Shown here: positions 52,503-64,000 of the stretch, one piece after another | Position numbering within the stretch: the first letter of the stretch is position 1 | Layout: each line of letters starts with the position of its first letter | Source: Botryllus schlosseri | Lineage: Eukaryota | Assembly (NCBI GenBank): GCA_051294905.1 | Contig: CM119371.1 | Span: 27,096,001-27,160,000, forward strand | DNA: 64,000 bases | Reading direction: 5' to 3' | Made by a program: the position numbers and the translations under genes | Notes under the pieces: model-generated | The model's input: the letters and a program-made list of their open reading frames with translations, nothing else | The model's database searches: none | Told to the model about the DNA's origin: nothing

Positions 52503-55500
52503 CTCAAACGTAACGAAACTCCTTAAGTATTAACAGATTTAGTGACGAGCAGGGTCGATCGATCTTCGTAGGGCAGAAGAGTCTTGAATGTAGACTGCAC
52601 ATGCGGTGCCTGAATCGAAGAGCGTATCGAATATATCGGCTTAAATAGGCTTCTTGTGAATTGTTCCGACGCGGCACTGAAATCAATGAGTGGCGCTTTA
52701 TCAGGTGTCGGGATCCTGTCTGCTGCACACTAAATCTGGCAATGGGTACTAGCAAGCGTTGTGTATCTCAAGTCTCTTCTGTTTCAAATACAAGCAGTCC
52801 AGAACATACAATACGGAATAGCTTGTTCAGAATATAGTTAAATGGCGAGAAATGAAACAGGAACCGTGAGACATGAAGAAAACCGAGAACGGACGCCGCG
52901 ACAATTAAATTAACCAATCAAATTAAACAACAATCAATCGATTAGACGTAAAGACCGACGTGAAAACCGACTAGCCGCGAAATGCTTGTCGCCGAAATAT
53001 CCGATTCTCGCGTCGCAATAGATGGTGTGAACGTGAGGTTCACGTTCGCGTTCTGTGTGTGAACCTCAGAAATTTAGAGTTTCACGTTCACAAAAGAGCC
53101 TTCGGAGGTTCTGCACTGTGGAACATTTTCATATATTACAATTTTCGCTTCATAATAACATCTTTGGTTGAAATTCATCTCATTTCAAATGCGGGCTACT
53201 CTCTGCATGGCGCTGGCAGCCTGAAAATCAAGACTTAACGAACATGCACCTTGTCAATGTCAAAAATATTACTTGCTTTGTTACAAATGTTTGCTTGAAA
53301 TATCCAGCTTGCCGTTTTTTAATATTTAGTTACTCTCTGCTGCGAGCTTGACCCGCAATCACACAACATCAAGAGTTTTGTACTGCATGGAGGTAGTCAG
53401 CGAATTATGCTTATTCAACCAATCAATAAAATTAATATCGCTGTCTGATGTAAAAAATCTGGCCGGCGTACGGGGTCAATCTTAATTTCGGGGTAATATC
53501 GGTAGCAACAGAAACCCGTTTTACACTCTGCTCAATGTCATCGTAGCAATATTCAGACGCCGAATACAACGTCCGGTGTGGCCTAGACCGTTAAGGAGTA
53601 GGCTCAAATTCCCTTACAATTTCTGGTCGAAATTGCTGGCAAAGCGAAGGAAGATGTTGATTTTATGGGATTTTAATATCATTTGATTACCCCAGATACA
53701 TTTGGTGACGTTCAAAACTTCAATATTTACTTCAGCATTGCGGCATTATGTGGCCCGAATCGTCGCTAAGTACCGTGTACACAATATTTAAATATAGGCT
53801 ATCACTTCACTGAAATGTAGGGTTGGAATTAGTAATATCACGTCACGTGACGTCATGACGTTCACGTTCGCGTTCACATAGAATATACCTTTCAAAAAGG
53901 TTCTCGTTGACACGACCCTGGACCTTTATGAGGTTCTCACCATCCATATTATTTAGAGATGCGTCAATCATTGTAGGCAGGGTAAGCATGCCCGGATAGA
54001 TGGGACGCCACTCCTGTCTTTTTTCACCCTGATCTGGGTTTCTCGAGCAACACCTAAGTCTCTATGTTTTCCTCCTTGAAATCTGGGTATTCATCACTAC
54101 GTTCTTCAAGTCATTTTACGTTTTAAGAAAAATTAATCGATTAGGAAGATCATAATGTTGTCAAATGCGGACACTTCAGTTCGCTATTGTCGTCGTGCAC
54201 CGGCTGTTTCACGACAAGGAGTCAAAACGAAAGCGACATACGTGTTTGTATGATTTACTGTGTTAACCGAGCAAAAATGTATAGTTATGATAATTGGAAG
54301 ACCATAATCAAGAGCTATGGCATACTTTTTCGTCAGTGTGATTGTAATTGGTAACTGTCAGTTTCCGGTTTCACACCAATTTGACAGAAAAGGTCGTTCG
54401 TGATTTGTACGCGTTTCCAAATTCACATTACTTCACTGTACGTAATATCTACCTTTGTATACCGCAATTTTAACGCGGGCTCACGCTGTAGGTATAATCC
54501 TATTCGGCCACGCCCATCTCGGGACCGGACAAATATCAATTATACTGGTCAACACTTATTTTTAGACAGAAAAAGTAAGAGCGCTTTTGGAGGTTCTGAA
54601 GGGCACTGATTCCGAATATGACCTTAGTTTTTTCAAGTTGGCTCCCGTTGTGGAGATAACCCATGGGGCTATTTTTCCCCTAATCCCCCATTTTATTTTT
54701 TGACAAACAAATATTTCGCATCATGTCATGTTAATATTGATAGAATGACTGAGAATGACATGATGGTTGTTCAAAGTCATATAGCTATTTAGGCGCAGTA
54801 TAAAATTAGAAAAAACTACGAGTTTTTTCCTATCAAGTTAAATACTTAAGGGTAAATACAATAATTTCGGGCTTTTTTATGAGTATAAATATCTTCTGAC
54901 AGAGAGCCAATCTGACAAAACTAATGTGATATTCGTAATCAGCCGTCTCAAAAACCCCAGAAACGGCTCTCAGATGTTTTGTCTAAAGAAAAAATTTTCA
55001 TTTTGTTGACCAGTGTTATCAATGGGGGTTTTGACAATCATGCGATGGTCAAGGCGTAATCGCCCGGGCAGAAATGGACCGCGCAGCAACTATGGCGCTA
55101 CTAGTGCCGCACCAGCAAGTTACACATCTTTACTAAAAGCTTCCAAACGGTATTAAGCCGGCTCATTCCCTCCCATCCTCATAATTAGGGTGTAATTTGA
55201 GTGTTTTATGTTACTTTTGTTGCACTTTACCCCCTTTGAAAGGAGAGGTGGGCGCGAGAGTCACGATCCCGGCAACATCAGAAGTATTCAGTAGGGTCAC
55301 GCTAGCATCGCATCAATTCAAGTCACATGATTTATAAAATAACCAAATGACCACGTTCACATTTTGTGGTAATTGGGTGACTTGGCCCACATACCCAATA
55401 CAAATTAAAAAAAATCAAGGTAAAAAGGCAAGGTGTGCTGGGTCTTTCTGGACCTGCGTAAAAGCATTTCAGGTTATGGCAACTGGCTTAACATGATCCA

Positions 55501-58500
55501 TGAGATCAATCCAGAACTTCTATATTTCCTAAGGTACGACACACCAGCGCAGTGGTTCCCAACCTTTTAGACCTCACATAAGCTGAAGATGAAGATCTAA
55601 CAACGTTACATCGGTCATTAGGATAGTAGACCGCATTTGGTGGTTCGGGAATCCTCTAATACCGTTCGGTGAGGTTTATGGGTGGTGACGCGCGGACTGA
55701 CACTGTCTTACATAAGCCAAGAAGTGTGCCGTGCTAGCAGGTCGGTAGATATGGAATGATAGTGTAGTGTAGGATATCGGTCTGGTGTAAATGACCAATC
55801 AACCGTTTCAGTCGAAACGTATCATAAATGCCACAAACAGCAACAACAACAACGCAGGCTATGTAAGAGGCCATAAATAATACCACAATTAGAGGTAGTT
55901 ATGCATGGAAAACACACATCAGTTAGGAACCGTATTTTATCCGCATTACGTAGCGGGTAGCCTATACTGGCCGTCGCAACTCCATCATCCAGACAACACT
56001 CTCATCAATGTCGTGCTCCACTGTGCTGTGATTGTCCCATTGTTAGTGAGTACTGATTGAAGCAGATTCTTTTATGCCTCACCTGGCCATTGTTTCTCTG
56101 AGCTGTCATTGCAAGCAATAAAGCAGAATTTCACAGTGCTAGGCGATTCTGAGGGGGTTATAGTGCTCTGATCTTGGTAATATTCAGATTTTCGGAATCG
56201 GTGTGACAATAGCATTTCATCGACACCAGTTAATATGAATTATGAACTATTTGTGAGCATAATTACATTGCCACAGGTGAGGCACGACCCGCTTGTGCCT
56301 CACCTGTGTCTCACGTCTCCTTTCGTGTTGTATTTTTTACAATATATATGAAAATTGGTGATGTTGGATGAGAAAATTTTTCAAATTTAGTTATTCATGA
56401 CATCGACGTCGTCTGATCAGTTCGCATTTGCTCACGCGAGCTGCGTAGAGGAAACATTTCTTGAAGCATATTGCCTGTTTTACTTTCACCGTTCGTAAAC
56501 CAACTATGTTCAAGTTGATAAGTTTTCCCGTGTTGGCTGGCAGCAATGTAAACTCATTTGTGCTTCACTCTATGAATAGCCGAGGTCTCTGATTTTTAGA
56601 CTGTACCGCATGTATGATAGTAGCCACTTTTATATAAGACTTGCAGAATAGCTCAGGTACATCAAGTCATGAAATACCCACTCCGGGATTATTTCGCAGA
56701 CGCCTTCGAGCAGTCATCTTGTAGTAGGCCCAAAAAATGTTTTTAACAGGTGACTGTAACGACTTCGGTATGCGGCGGAGACTGACAATTTCCACATTGC
56801 TATTCGCAGCATATGTAAGAGCTTCGGCACATCTTTGTGGACCATGGCCATCATGAATCAATATTGTTTTGCTCGAAACATTCTCTTTTGCGTCATAAAA
56901 TTAATCAATCACTGATAGAACTTTGCTATGTCGCTGTAGCGCACAATGGTTGAAGTAGGCATGCCAAGCGACCATTGGGTCTTTTTCCTTTGATACCATT
57001 GGAGGAACGTAGTCTCCGACTGCATTTACTGTCATTACCACAGTTTGTAATTGGCGCAACTCTCCACTTGTTACTTGGCTATATATAACCGGAACCTTGA
57101 CGTCAGGAGCCAAATTCAGCGGGTTCAAACAGCATTGCATTATAAATTCTTTCGGGGCTCCCGAGGATCGCATTCTGATATCCAGATAGTCATTGTGACG
57201 CGGACGAAATCCCCACCACCAATCTTATCCAGCCCTGCAATATGTCACTCTCACATCTCAACCTAAGTGTCCACAGTCGCTAATTCGATTAGAACACAAA
57301 TATGAATCGATTCTCTGGCTACCGATTTCGTTGTAACGAGTTGTTTGGCTGTAGCTGATATATTTGGTGCCAAACCCAGTCGACCGTTTTTGGTAAGTGA
57401 TCGAATATACCATGAGATGTGTCTATACTCCAGATGTCTGTGTTCGACCACCCTACGTATATTAAACCTAGTATCGTAGCTATCTTATTGAATCCTATAA
57501 CAGCAAAGAGTATTCCTAATAAGAACTAGTGCCGGCCAACAAGTTTTGTTTTTTGATTATAGATATCTTTCCTATTTCCTCAACTAATTTGACTTGTCGT
57601 GTGCTCCTACAACTTCATTATGAAAATTCATTATTCAGCGCGCTAAAAAAATATATATCCAATTACTCCATGCAGCTGCAGTAAACAGGATGATCACCAC
57701 ATCACTTCGATGGCGCTTCATCCAGCAATCATAATGTATACAGGCGAGGCCTACATTATGTGACTGCAAGTGCACATATGCACATTCAATACATGTACCT
57801 TGTCCAAGCTAAATCACGATTGTTTCGTTTTGATCATTATTTGCGTAGTGTCAACCGTCAATATCTTTTCAGTCATGTGTAGTTTAGTTGTGTATCGGAA
57901 GTGATCTGTTATTATCTTTTTTACAATGAACCATAGGGAAGTGAGTGGCGCAGTTACACTGCAGTCACGACACCAATGGTTGGTGGTTCGAGTCTCGGCT
58001 CTGCCATGTTTCTATGTGTCGGAGGTTTATCTGGGCTCCTCATCGCCGATCCCGCTGTTAACGCAGCGCCTTGAAAAAGCCCAGAAAAAGAGTGAGCCGA
58101 GCTCCGAAGTCGGCAGCATAGACCAGCAAGAGGGCGCACGAAAGCGAGAGCGAATGGAAGAGTGGATGTGCGCGAGCATGAAAGTCGTCATGAGTATACA
58201 AAAGCATTGTCGTGGCGCACAAGGCCTAAACAGGCGATAAGCGCCACTGTCGTTGTTGTGTGATTATTATAATGATAATAATAATACAATGAACCATAAA
58301 TTCCCCTCTCTCTCTCTCTCTCTCTCGCGGGCGGAATTTGTCCCGCCGAGTGTAAAATGCTGAGTTTTGCTCTAGGCAGTAATAAATAGTTGCCTAGATA
58401 GACAAACTCTGGTAAGGGATAAGAACATCGTCTACCATACAATAACAATTGTATTATGCTAGGCCTGAGAAACTCGCACATTTACTTCATTAATGGGTCT

Positions 58501-59746
58501 ATTCAAATAAAGGCTTTGTTGTGTATTATTAGAATCGCGAATGGACAAATGTTATTTCTTTCTGCATGTCCAAATTGTGTATTACATGCACTTTTCAAAA
58601 TCTTGAATGAGAAATGTGAGGGTTGACGGGTTGAACAATTTCAATCACGCATTTCCTACCGCTATCGTTATGAATCCTGATTCACCAATGACCAAAGAGT
58701 CAATGGAAGAAGTATTTTACCTTATCAACATCTTTTTTACGTAGAAGTGGAGCTAGTCCGAAAACTGGCACTTTAATTTAGTGATGAAAGTAGAAAAACC
58801 ACTTGATTATTCTGCAAGAGGGAATGCTACTTTGATAGCGTGCATCCTTACTACCTGATCATCTCGTGAACGATGATGACACGGACGCTGGGTACGTGAA
58901 GTTGTCAGTTGGTTATCCCGATCTTACTGATTGCTACTGCATTGCGATTACGACTACCGGACAAGGGTCCGATATTCATTAATAACTGTTCAATCCACCG
59001 ACCGGTCATGTAGCGAGAGGGGTGTTGTGTATGATTTACATGCCCATGGAACGAAGCGCGAGCCATGCTAATTCTGTTCGTTAAACGATTTGACAATATA
59101 TTATCGCAGAACTGTACAATGTGCATTGTCTGAACGATGAAATTAAAACAGTACTGTAAGATATGCTTGTACTGCAGATACTATGAGATATCCTCTAAGG
59201 CATGCAGTGGTTCTCAAACTTCTTTATACGCGCCCCTTTTGATGATAGTGAACAATCCTTCCTTATCGTCATAATGAGATATATCTAAAGAAGCATCTGG
59301 AATGTTTGCTATCCCAACGCATAGTTTGATAGCATGAAAGCTTTCAGTGTTGAGATACCTCTCAGATGGGAAATATGGACTATACACAGAGCAATAATAA
59401 TGAGCTGGAAACAAATCGCGACTGGCAACTATAATCCGATGACATGCAACTACCAGAGATGAGCATGGATTAGGATTAGGTTTTGAAAAAACAGGATTTG
59501 TGAAATTTTGTCGGATTTGGATTGGATTTGGATTAGACATTTTTTTTCTGAACGGATTAGGATTTGGATTGGATTTACCTATTTTCTGGGAGATTGAAAT
59601 GTCGTGTGGCGAATGGCGACAAACTTCATTCAGATAAGTCATTAATGTCATCATCATTGGTTTATTAGCAATTTTATCAGTTCAATACACCACAAAAAAT
59701 GCGATACAATGAAACGACAGGAAGATGTCGAAGCGATAAGGAGTAG
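49336..59746. repeat. Right arm of giant inverted repeat (10,411 bp)
   Basis: The 25-bp length difference is explained by 29 extra bp at 55837-55865 and a C13-versus-G9 homopolymer; at least 5 substitutions seen. Confidence 0.97.
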
Positions 59747-59779
59747 TCTATGGAATCTGACACCCACCTTGGCCTAGGC

Positions 59780-60934
59780 CAGAGGTCTCAAACTCAAATG
59801 TCCTAGCGGGCCAGTTTTCCAGTTCTGACGACGCCGCGGGCCGCAGCATATATATGGGGTATTATATGTCTTTCCAAGTAGGCCTTATTTGGCGGGATGG
59901 AATTGTCCTATTGAAAGTGAGCCGATCCAGCAGGCTGACAATAAACACACATCATCAAAATGTGATTCACTCTAGCATCAATTTAGGCCTGGCAGGAAAA
60001 ATCATCACAATTATAACTATTTGAACAGAATTCTTATATTAATTATAAAATATAGACACAAGATGAGCGGACAAACGTATGATGTCATCATTAAAGTTAT
60101 CGCCTTTTGATATTTCGAATTTAACAGAGTGATAATAGAGACTGATCTGATATCACAACATTTTTGGGTTGGGCAGTGTAATTACAATCCTGGATTCGGG
60201 TATACTCCTGATATAAGTAGGCTATTAATCTCATGGTCAAATATCTTCGAAAATAGGAGCGGAAAAATATATAAATGTAGCATCAATACATTAATGAATG
60301 CGTCCTAGTAATATAAATGTCGGAACGCCGAACGACCCATCGTTGGAGTGTACGACTACGGTACTCGGTACCTTGAAGTGGCCTTCAAAACATGGTTCAT
60401 GCAGCGACTAAGCGACCTAAGATGTAACTAATAGATTGCCACTGGTTGCCATGATGACTACTTGCTTAGTTAGCGAAATACCAAACTGCGGCCTTCCGAT
60501 TTATTTATTCCCATGACACGTGATTAGTTTGTTGCGTTCATGGTTCTAACAAATTCACGGCATTCCGAGTCCACTCTCGAGTCATTTTCATTTTTCCATC
60601 GAGTCAGCCCGAGTTCGAGTAATTTTAAGAAAGGTCGCGTCCAGATCCAACTCATAAATTTCAGTCACGAATCGTCCAAGGGTCAGGTTTTATCATCATG
60701 AAGTGAAAATGTGGCGAACTAGTGAATGTTCCACTGCATGGTAACGTTTGCAATTGATGCGATAGTGAAGTTTGATGAATAGTTTCTGGCCTTCAGAGCA
60801 ATTTTAGAGGGAATTTACACTTTATAACCTGAAAAGATATATGTGACACTATAGATTGTCAAATTAAGAAAAATCAAAAATGTCGTCGCGGGCCGCACAA
60901 AATGCTCTGGCGCGCCGCGAGTTTGAGACCTCTG
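59780..60934. mobile_element. hAT MITE
   Basis: TIR CAGAGGTCTCAAACTC at both ends; perfect TSD GCCTAGGC. Confidence 0.92.
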
Positions 60935-61049
60935 GCCTAGGCGATGTAAAGAGGAGGCATGCACACTGAATGAAAGTAAAGAAGATAGTATAGAAAAAAG
61001 AAAGCGACAATAAAGAGGGCAGCATGTCATGGGAAGCGAGATCGATAGG

Positions 61050-64000
61050 TCAGTCGTGGTCCGGTAATCTTGAGGATGGACTGTATTTATTTAGTAGTAA
61101 TTGCTTGTATTTCGACTTGAATGTGGACATGCTCGTCGACTGTCGGATGGCCGGCAGGATACTGTACAACACATCAGGTCCGGCATATTTGATAGAGCGA
61201 TGATCTTTTCGGTCGATCATATGATATTTGGACGACGTGGACGCGCGTGTGTTGTACTTGTGCGCTTTTGATTCCGAGGTAAAGAAGTCATTGAAATATT
61301 CGGGGCAACGACCGCAGTGGAACTGATACATAAACTTGGCGATTTCTAGTTTCCGCATATCTTCTATGTTTAGGACGCCGAATCTCTTCAGCAGCGACTT
61401 GTTGGATGGGCAGCAATGTTCCCTCTAAGCTGCGCACCTGCGCAAATGCGCAGTGCTGAAACGGTCTCCGCGCACAGAAAATCTACGCTGCGCACAAAAA
61501 ATCAGAAGTGATGTTTTTTTTTCATAGTTGTTGCGCACTGTTGTCCAATGGACCACGCAGGCGCGCAGATTCGTGAAAATTAAGATGGAACATTGCCAGG
61601 GCCAAATAGTGTTATCACTGAAGTCTGAAACCGAGGTACAAGTGCGCCCCGCAAAGGTAACTATTGCGCTCCGTGAAGAAATGAGAGTTCACAATCACCT
61701 GCGCCTCACGGAAGATATTTTTTAGTATGGCCTCGTACACGTGAGCGATACTGATATCATTTCAATAGTGCATTATTTTCTGGGAATGGCGAAATAACAT
61801 GGTTTAACAAAGTTATAAATAACAATGGGCTAGCTCGAAGTTAATCTGCGAGAAACTAACGAATGATAGTCTTCTCCGCGTGGCATGAACATTGCGTAAG
61901 ATTTACTCAGGACCGTAACTTTCGCACCCCAAACACCCCAATTGGAGGGGCCAAGCTCGAAGGGGGTCCAAAATTATTTCGAGAATAAACATAAATCATG
62001 GTGTATTTTTTGAAATTTTATTATTGTAAGATATTCGATTATTGGGTACCCTTTCCCAACAAAAATTAGGCATGATTTATAGAAATGGGCAGTTGGGCGT
62101 CGGTTGTTACCACATCATGACGCGCCAAGACATATGAAGCTAAAGGCTATGTAACATGCGAATCCAAGAAGTGCGCCAGAACGATCAGCAGCGAGAAAAC
62201 CTTGGGCGAAAAAGACTGCCCCGGTGCTGACCGAAAACTTCGATATATACAACTATATGTGTAATTGTTCATGTCCATGGGTGCCTAAATGGCTGGCGCC
62301 GAATGTTCCTGTCCTGGCGATCCGAGTCCCACAACAAGACAAATGCCATATCGAGGGAACATTATTTTCCAGTTAAGAAATGCCAATTTGAAATCGTGTA
62401 CGTCTTTTACTTTAGTCCCTTTTTGGCGATTTCAATATCTTTTGACATAGCAGATAGGGGGTCACGAAATAGCATCATGTAACGAAGTCATTATATCAAC
62501 GGGTACGCCCGAAGATGTTTTATTATTATTTAGAGGGCCTATCTATTCCAACACACCTCACTGGATCAGCTCTACCGGTAAATCTGATTATGTGAGCAGG
62601 GAGGGGATAAAAATTGATAGCAATATATATGCAATTTCCGATCATATTGGCCGATGCAATCATGAATTATAGAAATTTTTTCGCGCTTAGCGCGTTTAGG
62701 GACGCTACTACTAAATGGCCACTCAATGTACAAGATAAGTACTGGAAGAATCCTAGAGCCGTAGGGGGGTCTGGGGGGCGAAGCCCCCCAGTAGTTAGTT
62801 TTATCACCCTATTGGAGGGTGGTTGCGCACTGTTGTCCGAGGGCCTGCGCAGTGAGTTGGCGTGTTTGCGCAGACTCTTGAAAAATTAGAGGGAACATTG
62901 ATGGGCAGCCAGGCCCCTTTGGGGCCCTAGCTATGATTAGGAGTACTTTATGTTGTAGTTTTTGCAGTGGCTTGAGTGCAGTTTTACTGGCAGCCCCCCA
63001 ACAGAGGATACCATAGTGTAACTTCGATTGGATTAAGGATTTAAAGAGTATCAGAAGAACCCATGCTGGCATGAAGCGCCTAAGGCTGTAGAACAGGCCG
63101 CACTTCAGTGATAATTTAGTTTCTAGGGACTGAATATGACTCTTCCAGGACACGTTCGAGTCCAGAAAACCTCCGAGATATTTGGCATTATCTGTGTTGG
63201 AAACGGGCTGACCAGCGATATTACCGGTTAGCTTATTTTTTTAATTTACTGTCAGCAATTGCGATTTCGAGGCGTTTATGGAAAGGTTGTTCTGGGCCGT
63301 CCACTAATGGACTTTGGGCATTTGGTCACCAGTCAGGGCATCCAGCTCTGCCGTCGAAGATGCTGAAGAGAGGAGGTGAATATCATCAGCGAACAGTGTG
63401 GTGTTCAATGAGGAGGTTTCAAAAATGTCGTTGACATATAAGGTGAAAAGGACCGGTCCAAGTACTGAGCCTTGGGGCACATAACAGGTCACCAGGTGAG
63501 GAGAAGACAAGGTGTCTGAGATCACAACCATTTGTTGGCGTCCAGTGAGGTAACTTTTCATGAGCTCAAGTTGTGGGCCCCGAAGTCCGTAACGCGCCAA
63601 TTTCGAAATGAGAATTTTATGATCTACGCAGTCAAACGCTTTTTTTAGATCGAGAAAAATGCTACATCCCACATTTCGCTTCTCTGAGATAACATAATAC
63701 TGTTCGGCCACTGTTAGGAGGGCATATGCGGTTTGGTGTTTGTTTCGGAAGCCAAATTGTTGAGGGGAAATGACAGACATTTTGGCGAGGAATGAGGACA
63801 GGCGGGAGAGGAGCAACTTTTCGAAATCAACCCCGATGCATGGGAGAACGGATATCGGACGGTAGTTGGTGACATTAGTTCTATCCCCAGCTTTGTGTAC
63901 AGGGACTACTCTGGCTTTTTTAGATAGCTTGGGTAGACTCCATTTTCTATCATGAAGTTGAAAAAATGGGCCATATATTGACCGATATGCATGCTTATCA
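61050..64000 (-). pseudogene. CR1/L2-group non-LTR retrotransposon ORF2 (RT and C-terminus), disrupted, runs off the window end
   Basis: NYRPISVLP, QFGFR, FLDLKKAFDCVDH, PQGSVLGP, FADD, KYLG motifs; in-frame stops at ~63304 and ~63241; split by a hAT insertion. Confidence 0.92.
61414..62900. mobile_element. Non-autonomous hAT element inserted into the LINE
   Basis: TIR CAATGTTCCCTCTAA; perfect TSD ATGGGCAG; TGCGCA subterminal repeats; excision rejoins ..GPGCPS|NKSLLKRFG.. Confidence 0.92.

Overview
AT-rich eukaryotic (invertebrate animal) DNA with many ~55-70 bp spliceosomal introns. The lectin style suggests an ascidian, but that is inference only. Host genes are three + strand paralogues of a divergent C-type-lectin-domain (CTLD) gene and one elongator tRNA-Met(CAT). 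One lectin copy is complete with 8 exons, one is 5'-incomplete with a probable GC-AG intron, and one is 5'-truncated with a damaged splice donor. Most of the remaining recognisable sequence is transposon-derived. It includes an apparently intact autonomous ISL2EU (PIF/Harbinger-type) element at 32855-37562 (237-bp TIRs, AT TSD, THAP-DDE transposase plus SAP-SWIM-YqaJ gene), many nested hAT, Tc1-like and Chapaev3-like MITEs, SINE heads, a pogo remnant and a dead CR1/L2-group LINE. The dominant structure is a ~21.7-kb near-perfect palindrome (arms 38040-48425 and 49336-59746, 910-bp spacer). It folds back inside the pol gene of a BEL/Pao LTR retrotransposon, leaving two convergent, integrase-less gag-pol copies, an architecture expected to yield long hairpin RNA. 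All coordinates and alignments were read by eye; no searches were run.
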